Below, one piece after another: positions 1 to 6,228 of a stretch of DNA of 62,222 bases. Within the stretch, counting starts at the first letter, position 1. The number at the start of each line of letters is the position of its first letter. The notes below the pieces were generated by a model. The model saw nothing but the letters and a program-made list of their open reading frames with translations. It was not told where the DNA came from and did no database searches. Source of the DNA: an uncultured Candidatus Saccharibacteria bacterium (GTDB lineage Bacteria; Patescibacteriota; Minisyncoccia; UBA6257; 2-01-FULL-56-20); the NCBI GenBank assembly GCA_964505005.1, contig CAZDFQ010000003.1, positions 1 to 62,222 on the forward strand, in the 5' to 3' direction. Made by a program: the position numbers and the translations under genes.

Positions 1-51
1 TTAAACTCCTCGTTCGTATTTTATAAAACCCCTGATTTTTTTCTAAAAGCA

Positions 52-196
52 GTGGTCAATTTTGGAAAAAGTGCGAACCTACTACGAACAGAACCCCGAC
101 GAAACCTAACCGCTCGGGCGGCGCGGAATTCCCCCCTTGAACCCCCCTTCCGCGCCGCCCTCGCGGGAGTCCAAGCATTTCGCCCGCGAAGCGGGC
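52..196. repeat. Arm A, copy 1 (145 bp; perfect inverted repeat of 2487-2631)
   Basis: Base-by-base reverse-complement identity with 2487-2631; ORFs 21..206 and 2462..2773 share the same peptide. Confidence 0.97.
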
Positions 197-546
197 TAAA
201 TTCCAAATACCCTCAATAATTTTCTAAACCAACCTTCTTGCGTTCTTTCTGTTTGTGTAGAATTTTTGCTTGGCGGAACTGTCGTTGGTATTTTATACTC
301 TGGCGCTGGCTCTGTATACCCTGCACCATTCTTATTTAGATGACTTTTAATTGGTTCTTTGGGCTGTGATAATCCTTTTGATCTATGGCAATGATACTCA
401 CCATACGATAACCCCCAGTTTGGACAGTTAGTGCGACAAGTGTGGCAACCGGAGGCATCCGTTCTTCCAGGATGGGCGAGAGCTGCCGTAGGACCAAAAG
501 AAACAAAAAAGAAAATGATTATAGCTAAATATCTTTTGGATCTCAT
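196..546 (-). CDS. YHYH-domain-like small secreted protein
   Basis: Signal peptide (…ALA|HPG), HPGRTDASGCH…EYHCH motif typical of the YHYH family. Confidence 0.7.
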   Translation of the reverse strand: MRSKRYLAIIIFFFVSFGPTAALAHPGRTDASGCHTCRTNCPNWGLSYGEYHCHRSKGLSQPKEPIKSHLNKNGAGYTEPAPEYKIPTTVPPSKNSTQTERTQEGWFRKLLRVFGI

Positions 547-547
547 T

Positions 548-1681
548 TTATTTAAATAAACCGGAGAAAAAGTTAAATATTTCTTTATACCACGGGATTT
601 TAAGCGTCACAGGATTTTTATTATCTGTATTGGTTGAGGTCGCAACTTTTTCGGCGGGGGTAGTAGATGATGATGCCAATGTTGATGTTTTTACTTTTGG
701 ACTCTCCTTTGACTCTTTAACCGGAAGTTTTTTAGGAACATCCTGAATTATAGGTTCAATCTTTTTTGTTTCTACTATCGGTGGTTTTTGAGCTTCGGTC
801 GTAATATTTTTAACACACTGACTGCCATTCCAATAATAATTGGATATACAATTACAATTTATTTTCCCATTTTCTCCTTTTGTTCCAACAATGTTTACAT
901 CATTATTATTTACAGCCTGACAGCTTTGAGTATAGGTAATGCACTGATTGCTTGTGTTTAAGACAAAGCCCTCTGGACATGAAAGTATCTGAACACATGC
1001 TGATTTTTCTGTATTGGCCGTATATCCTGCATTACAAGTACATTGCCCGTTCACAAGGGAAGAATTTGCCGGACAAGACGGTGTGGTTGGTGGAATATAA
1101 GTAGAGCCACCGCTGTAAAACCCGCCGCCTGAACTGCCTAAATCTTTTGCATCCCAAACTTTACAATCTCTACCCGAATCGAATAGATATATCCGGTCGC
1201 CAATACCATCCAAGAATGACCCACCAATATCAATATCTATCGTTTTTCCCTCATACCGCCACATGCTTAGGCCGCACCCTATGCCGTATTCAACAAGAAA
1301 TCGATCATTATTTTTATCAGTTACGATTATCTTGTCTTCTGAATCAAAAACGTCATCAACATAATATCTTTTAATGTTCACGTCGTCGGAACTCGTAACT
1401 TCGCAAACTGTATTTGAATAGCCTGGGATAATAATTTTATCTCCGTAACTTGGAGAATAAGATGTGTCTATGTAAATTGTCGCTCCGTCGTAAAAATCAC
1501 TACTATAGCAACTGTAGTCATGCTCAATGACATACTCTGAATAACCATCTGTAATTAAAATTTTGTCCGACCCTCCCTTCTCTACCACGAATCCCTTCGC
1601 AGCATAAGCAACTTGAAAATATCCCCCCAGGATAAATGTCGCAAAGATAAAGATTATTGATGGTTTGATAAATTTTTTCAT
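548..1681 (-). CDS. Secreted protein with EGF-like Cys-rich repeats and a Pro/Thr/Lys-rich C-terminal stalk
   Basis: Signal peptide MKKFIKPS…AYA; CPANSSLVNGQCTCNAGY, CPEGFVLNTSNQC and CNCISNYYWNGSQC repeats; start moved to the ATG at 1681. Confidence 0.7.
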   Translation of the reverse strand: MKKFIKPSIIFIFATFILGGYFQVAYAAKGFVVEKGGSDKILITDGYSEYVIEHDYSCYSSDFYDGATIYIDTSYSPSYGDKIIIPGYSNTVCEVTSSDDVNIKRYYVDDVFDSEDKIIVTDKNNDRFLVEYGIGCGLSMWRYEGKTIDIDIGGSFLDGIGDRIYLFDSGRDCKVWDAKDLGSSGGGFYSGGSTYIPPTTPSCPANSSLVNGQCTCNAGYTANTEKSACVQILSCPEGFVLNTSNQCITYTQSCQAVNNNDVNIVGTKGENGKINCNCISNYYWNGSQCVKNITTEAQKPPIVETKKIEPIIQDVPKKLPVKESKESPKVKTSTLASSSTTPAEKVATSTNTDNKNPVTLKIPWYKEIFNFFSGLFK

Positions 1682-1703
1682 GAGATTAAAAACCATCAAA
1701 AAT

Positions 1704-1958
1704 TCACGGCTCAACAGTTTCTAAATTATCTAACGCATAACCCATATCTTCATAAGACGACCAAGCATATCCTTTGGCATCATCAATATTTGAATTAGCT
1801 TGGTCTAAAGCGTCAGAATAGGAATTGACTTTATAGTCCAAGTCAGAAACTTCGTCCTGTAGTGTTTGGACTTGTGCGGTCAATTTATGATGATCTCTCC
1901 AAAACCAAATTGAGAGAATTATTAAAACTATAAAAAGCCATCCGCCTTTTCCTTCCAT
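1704..1958 (-). CDS. Small membrane-anchored coiled-coil protein
   Basis: One N-terminal hydrophobic helix then heptad-like QVQTLQDEVSDL; co-oriented in the operon. Confidence 0.6.
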   Translation of the reverse strand: MEGKGGWLFIVLIILSIWFWRDHHKLTAQVQTLQDEVSDLDYKVNSYSDALDQANSNIDDAKGYAWSSYEDMGYALDNLETVEP

Positions 1959-1965
1959 AAATTGT

Positions 1966-2199
1966 TTACCACTTAAAAGGGTTTACCGTTCCTTTCTTTC
2001 CAGTATAAGGATTATAATTTCCTTTTGTGGAGAAATTATCGAACTTGGAACGGTTCGGGGTGGTTTTGTAATGCGGTGCAACATAGCTACCAGTTGATGG
2101 TTTGTAATATCCCCTTACACGAGTCGTTCGTGCTTCTGCCGAAATCGAAAACGAGAGAACACCAACCAATAGAGCCAACACCAGAAATAATTTTTTCAT
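1966..2199 (-). CDS. Small secreted hypothetical protein
   Basis: Signal peptide (AEA), then VRGYYK…YVAPHYKT…DNFSTKGNYNPYTGKKG, a pattern recognisable from widespread small accessory proteins. Confidence 0.7.
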   Translation of the reverse strand: MKKLFLVLALLVGVLSFSISAEARTTRVRGYYKPSTGSYVAPHYKTTPNRSKFDNFSTKGNYNPYTGKKGTVNPFKW

Positions 2200-2203
2200 A
2201 TTT

Positions 2204-2422
2204 TTATAGAAAATATTTTATATCCTTTCCGTAGATTTTTGCGAACCTTTTTAATTCTACAACGTCAATCCTTTGCTGTCCTGATTCGACGTTGGAGATA
2301 TGCGATTGCGGCCGACCTATTTTTCTCGCAACCTGTACTTGTGTCAACCCTGCCTCTTGTCGAGCTTTTCGTAAACGCTCAACAAAATAAGCATATTCCT
2401 TTGCGTGGATTGACTTAACCAT
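2204..2422 (-). CDS. XRE-family helix-turn-helix transcriptional regulator
   Basis: LRKARQEAGLTQVQVARKIGRPQSHISNVESGQQRI: classic HTH_3 pattern. Confidence 0.9.
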   Translation of the reverse strand: MVKSIHAKEYAYFVERLRKARQEAGLTQVQVARKIGRPQSHISNVESGQQRIDVVELKRFAKIYGKDIKYFL

Positions 2423-2449
2423 ATATTAACAAGATATATCCAAGAAATC

Positions 2450-2470
2450 AATATCCAAACTTTGGATATT
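2450..2470. promoter_or_regulatory. Perfect palindrome AATATCCAAA-C-TTTGGATATT, candidate XRE operator
   Basis: 10-bp arms about 28 bp upstream of the XRE start; overlaps a possible minus-strand -35 (TTGATT, 17 nt, TAATAT). Confidence 0.5.
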
Positions 2471-2486
2471 GTGATAAACTCAAAAT

Positions 2487-2631
2487 GCCCGCTTCGCGGG
2501 CGAAATGCTTGGACTCCCGCGAGGGCGGCGCGGAAGGGGGGTTCAAGGGGGGAATTCCGCGCCGCCCGAGCGGTTAGGTTTCGTCGGGGTTCTGTTCGTA
2601 GTAGGTTCGCACTTTTTCCAAAATTGACCAC
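2487..2631. repeat. Arm A, copy 2 (145 bp; inverted repeat of 52-196)
   Basis: Direct sequence comparison. Confidence 0.97.
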
Positions 2632-2695
2632 ATTTCACGATTTGAGAGGGTTAGCGCCTCGGGGCTTCGCCCCTCGGCGCCCGCTTTCGCCAAGT
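2628..2695. repeat. Arm B, copy 1 (68 bp; perfect inverted repeat of 4202-4269)
   Basis: ccacatttcacgatttgagagggttagcgcc…cgccaagt is the reverse complement of 4202-4269. Confidence 0.97.
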
Positions 2696-2769
2696 CGAGC
2701 CGATTTTTCCGCCGAAGGCGGAGAAGCAAGATTTATAAATTGTCGGCGTAAAACCATTTTGTTGAAAAT

Positions 2770-4344
2770 ATGATCAAATATTTTATCTATTGCAGAAAAT
2801 CTAGCGAGGAAGAGGAACGGCAAATTCTTTCTATCGAGGCGCAGCAAACTGAACTGCGAGAGTATGCCAAACAGAACAATTTGATTGTGATAAAAGAATT
2901 TGCCGAATCGCAAAGCGCTAAAGAGCCGGGCCGCCCTATTTTCAACAAAATGGTTGAAGAAATTGAGAAAGGCAACGCTCAAGGAATTTTAGCGTGGAAT
3001 CCCGACAGATTGGCGAGAAATTCTATTGATGGCGGGAGAATAATTTATCTCGTGGATACTGGAAAAATCCAATCGCTAAAATTCCCGACATTTTGGTTCG
3101 AAGCGACACCGCAAGGGAAGTTCATGTTGAGCGTTGCCTTTGGACAAGCTAAATATTACACCGACAATTTGAGAGAAAACATTTTGCGCGGGATACGTCA
3201 GAAAATCAGGCGCGGCGAACTATCGGCAAAAGCTCCATTGGGATATTTCAATGAACCTCGTTTGAGGACGATTGAGCCAGACCCCAAGAATTTCAAAAAT
3301 GTAAAAACTATTTTGGAAGCTTTTGCCACCGGAGAATATACACTCACCGCCATTCAGTGCAAAATGTTTTCTCTCGGCTTGGTTGGCAAGGACGGAAAAC
3401 CGCCCCACCTCTCCTCGATAGCCCACATACTTGATAATCCGTTCTATTACGGCGTTTGCCGCTATCGAGGAGAGCTGTATCAAGGATCACACAAGCCAAT
3501 GATTACAAAGAAACTTTTTGACCAAATCCAACAGGCGCTTTTGGATCATGGCAAACCCCGCAAAAAGCGAGGAGATAAAGGGTTTAAATTTCTCGGTTTT
3601 GCGACTTGTGGGGAGTGCGGCTATTGCATTACTGCCGAGCGCAAAATCAAAAAGAGCGGCAAGGAATACGTCTATTATCGTTGCACCAAAAAAAGCAAAA
3701 CCCACAAGTGTTCGCAAAACCGCTTTTTGCAGGAGCCGGAGCTTACCAAGCAAGTTATCCAAAATCTTCAAAAAGTTTCTTTGTCTGATGAGTGGCGCGA
3801 GAAGTATCTCGCGAAAGTGAATGAATGGGAAAATGAAAATCGCCACTCATCAGGTCTTTTCGCTCAAAATCTGCGGGCAAAACTGGAAGAAGTGAAAAAG
3901 AAAATTGACCGCCTTTTGGACGCTCACCTTGAGGGCGCGCTTGAACTCTCGGAATATCAGCAAAAGAAGAACGCCCTCGTTGAGCAAAAGGCGGATTTGC
4001 AACAAAAACTTTCCGATTTTGAGCGAAAAGGCAATCATTGGCTCGAACTCGTGCGGAATTGGATTTTAGACGCCAACCAAGCCAAAAATCTTGCTTCCAC
4101 AGAAAATTTTGATGAAATCAAAAATTTTCTGAAAAAAATCGGCTCGAACCAAAAAATCGAGAACCAGTTGCTCTCGATTTTTTGGAAATCCCCTTGGGAT
4201 TACTTGGCGAAAGCGGGCGCCGAGGGGCGAAGCCCCGAGGCGCTAACCCTCTCAAATCGTGAAATGTGGAGATGGGCGGAATCGAACCGCCGTCTAAAGA
4301 TGATATCGGCGAACCTTCTACGAGCGTATCTAGTTAGGAACTAG
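2770..4344 (+). CDS. Large serine recombinase (resolvase + recombinase + zinc ribbon + coiled coil)
   Basis: YCRKS catalytic Ser, DRLARN, APLGY, CGECG…YYRC…C zinc ribbon, C-terminal coiled coil; last 24 codons are antisense to tmRNA. Confidence 0.95.
   Translation: MIKYFIYCRKSSEEEERQILSIEAQQTELREYAKQNNLIVIKEFAESQSAKEPGRPIFNKMVEEIEKGNAQGILAWNPDRLARNSIDGGRIIYLVDTGKIQSLKFPTFWFEATPQGKFMLSVAFGQAKYYTDNLRENILRGIRQKIRRGELSAKAPLGYFNEPRLRTIEPDPKNFKNVKTILEAFATGEYTLTAIQCKMFSLGLVGKDGKPPHLSSIAHILDNPFYYGVCRYRGELYQGSHKPMITKKLFDQIQQALLDHGKPRKKRGDKGFKFLGFATCGECGYCITAERKIKKSGKEYVYYRCTKKSKTHKCSQNRFLQEPELTKQVIQNLQKVSLSDEWREKYLAKVNEWENENRHSSGLFAQNLRAKLEEVKKKIDRLLDAHLEGALELSEYQQKKNALVEQKADLQQKLSDFERKGNHWLELVRNWILDANQAKNLASTENFDEIKNFLKKIGSNQKIENQLLSIFWKSPWDYLAKAGAEGRSPEALTLSNREMWRWAESNRRLKMISANLLRAYLVRN
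4202..4269. repeat. Arm B, copy 2 (68 bp, inside the recombinase 3' end, ending at the tmRNA CCAC)
   Basis: Direct sequence comparison with 2628-2695. Confidence 0.97.
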
Positions 4345-4584
4345 CAAGATGCTCCGTGTTTGATTTCGCCGGAGCGCATAACAGAGCTTATGGGCTCGGC
4401 TACACCTCCTTGTATAAGACCGGTGTTAATCTAAGAGGTTCAGATTAGCCGATCCTCTGGCTTATGCGTAAGCAAATGCCGGAGCTGCAACTTTTTGGTT
4501 GGCAGTTATTTGTTTTGCGAGTTTAACGACATCGCGGTCGACTCGCCGGTTCGCGACTCATCTTTATCGAAGCCGGTCATCCCC
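4266..4584 (-). ncRNA. ssrA: tmRNA
   Basis: 5' GGGGATGACCGGCTTCGA; 3' T-arm GGCGGTTCGATTCCGCC then CATCTCCAC; acceptor stem GGGGATG/CATCTCC with G3.U Ala identity pair; adjacent to smpB; CCA not fully encoded. Confidence 0.95.
4462..4503 (-). other. tmRNA tag reading frame ANQKVAAPAFAYA*
   Basis: Upstream ATAACT then GCC resume codon; Ala/aromatic-rich end; TAA stop. Confidence 0.85.
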
Positions 4585-4679
4585 GATGACGGAAACAAAT
4601 ATATCATAGATTTCACTAAAAATCAAGCTCAATCTTTTTCCGCGGCGACAACATTGAAGCCGAGGAGTTCGCCGGTTAC

Positions 4680-5117
4680 TTAAAGAGCTTTCCTCATTTC
4701 CCTTTCCGCCGCGCGTTTTTTGAGCAATTCCCGTTTGTCCGATTTTTTTCGGCTTTTGGCCAAGCCGAGTTCAAGTTTTATAAACCCCTTTTTGAGATAA
4801 GCCCGGAGCGGAATCAAAGAAAACGATTTCTGCCGGAGCTTGCCCAAGAGAGTTTGGATTTCATTTTTATGGAGAAGCAGACGCCGCGAGCGATTGGGGT
4901 CGTAATTAGTCGGAACATTTTTCGGCTGATACGCTGGAATCGAGGAATTCAAAAGCCAAAATTCGCCGGCTCGGGGCACGGCATAGCTCGCGGACAAATC
5001 GAACCGACCGCTCTTGGCGCTTTTGACTTCTTGGCCAGTCAATTCAATGCCGGCTTCGTATCTGTCGAGAATTTCGTAATCGAATCTGGCGCGTTTGTTT
5101 TCGGCGATAGGTTTCAT
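4680..5117 (-). CDS. smpB: SsrA-binding protein
   Basis: IAENKRARFDYEILDRYEAGIELTGQEVKS; RSRRLLLHKNEI; basic C-terminal tail. Confidence 0.98.
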   Translation of the reverse strand: MKPIAENKRARFDYEILDRYEAGIELTGQEVKSAKSGRFDLSASYAVPRAGEFWLLNSSIPAYQPKNVPTNYDPNRSRRLLLHKNEIQTLLGKLRQKSFSLIPLRAYLKKGFIKLELGLAKSRKKSDKRELLKKRAAEREMRKAL

Positions 5118-5133
5118 TGTTTTAATTCTACCA

Positions 5134-5163
5134 TTGACAAAGTTCGATAGAGAAGTATATAAT
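5134..5163 (+). promoter_or_regulatory. Sigma70-type promoter for the T-box/argS leader
   Basis: TTGACA (5134-5139), 18 nt, TATAAT (5158-5163). Confidence 0.75.
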
Positions 5164-5193
5164 ATACTAAATTGAAAATTGATTGTCTTAACC

Positions 5194-5473
5194 GTTGAAG
5201 GAGATTAGTAAAGAGCGCCGAACTTAAAGCGAGCTGGGGACAGTGAAAGCCCGGCAGCCAACAGCGCTCCTGAACGCGCTCCCGAGGTTACGAACCGAAG
5301 AAAGCTTTATTTATTAGATAAAGCAAGTAGGATTCGACGGCTGGCTCCCGCAGACAAAACGGCCCAATGAGTGCCTCGGAGAAATTTCTCTGAGGAATCA
5401 GGGTGGTACCGCGGGGTTAGAAATCCTCGTCCCGGACAGAATTCATTTCTATTTGGGGCGAGGATTTTTATTT
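5194..5473 (+). ncRNA. T-box riboswitch, Arg specifier (CGC)
   Basis: Stem I motifs (GAAGGAGA, AGCGAG, GTGAAAGC); GAA-CGC specifier at 5272-5277; T-box AATCAGGGTGGTACCGCG at 5396-5413; downstream terminator; argS downstream. Confidence 0.88.
5421..5473 (+). terminator. T-box intrinsic terminator
   Basis: AAATCCTCGTCCC…GGGGCGAGGATTT followed by TTATTT. Confidence 0.8.
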
Positions 5474-5665
5474 CATTATGGGGAATCTCAATAAAAATAC
5501 AGTTACAGTCCGCCGGAGAACCTCAAGGCGCATTGAGGTTGCTTTTCGGCGTTTAAATTTTCTTAAATTTCCGAATCTTAAATACAAAATTTGAACTCGG
5601 ATAAGCGGTCTCAATGGGGATGGCCGCTATTCGAGTACCTTAACAATTTCCGAGGAGAGAGAAAA

Positions 5666-6106
5666 ATGGTAAGAAGAATCGCTGTGTGCAGTGGCTGTCG
5701 GAAGGTTAATGCTGGCAAGCAGTGGGTCCAATTGGAGCGAGAAGTGTTTCTCTATGGATTCGACCATCAAGAAATACTCGGGCATTTCGAATGGGTGGTT
5801 TGCCCAGATTGCCTGAAGTGTCGAGTCTGCAAAGAGCCGCTTAGCCAGCAGCCGCCACCTCAAAATTATTACCGAGCCGCTCTCGAGTCAGTAGGAAATT
5901 TCTCTGGTCCACACGTGCGATGGCAGGGGTATACCACTGCCCACAAACAGGCACTGTGGCAGGCGTTTTGGAGAATGCAATCTCCAAGCCAAGAAGAATT
6001 TCGCTGCTGTTATTGCGGCAGAAGCTATTCGGTAATGGCGGGCTCGCTGGTTTGCGTGAAAGGTCCGCGCGACCCAAATGACCCACTCCGACTTGGGGAC
6101 CTGTAA
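5666..6106 (+). CDS. Hypothetical multi-CxxC (zinc-binding) protein
   Basis: GAGGAG RBS-like sequence before the ATG at 5666; CSGC, CPDC, CRVC and CCYC motifs. Confidence 0.6.
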   Translation: MVRRIAVCSGCRKVNAGKQWVQLEREVFLYGFDHQEILGHFEWVVCPDCLKCRVCKEPLSQQPPPQNYYRAALESVGNFSGPHVRWQGYTTAHKQALWQAFWRMQSPSQEEFRCCYCGRSYSVMAGSLVCVKGPRDPNDPLRLGDL

Positions 6107-6228
6107 CCTGTAAGGCGAGGATTATCCTCAAGGGTTTTCGGCGTTTTCTCCTTAAAAACGCCGATTTCCCAAATAGATTTCAGGCAAAAATTGAATTACA
6201 ATAAATAAAAATGATTTAAGCTAAACAA

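Larger units (their letters stand above)
52..4269. mobile_element. Serine-recombinase genomic island integrated at the tmRNA 3' end (attR-like junction at 52-55, attL-like junction at 4266-4269, extra inverted attP-like site at 2628-2631)
   Basis: Large serine recombinase abutting the ssrA 3' end; three junctions share a CCAC core, with arms that recombine as A/C, A/B and tmRNA/B. Confidence 0.8.

Noticed and set aside
21-206. ORFs 21..206, 2344..2631, 2462..2773 and 2635..2982
   Set aside because: They are read-throughs of the GC-rich att arms or antisense to the recombinase; the shared peptide reflects the DNA repeat, not genes
196-2422. Integron cassette array
   Set aside because: The cargo resembles cassette genes, but there is no tyrosine integrase, no attC sites between genes, and the spacers are only 1-7 bp or overlapping
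4495-4683. 62-aa ORF
   Set aside because: Antisense to tmRNA and its leader
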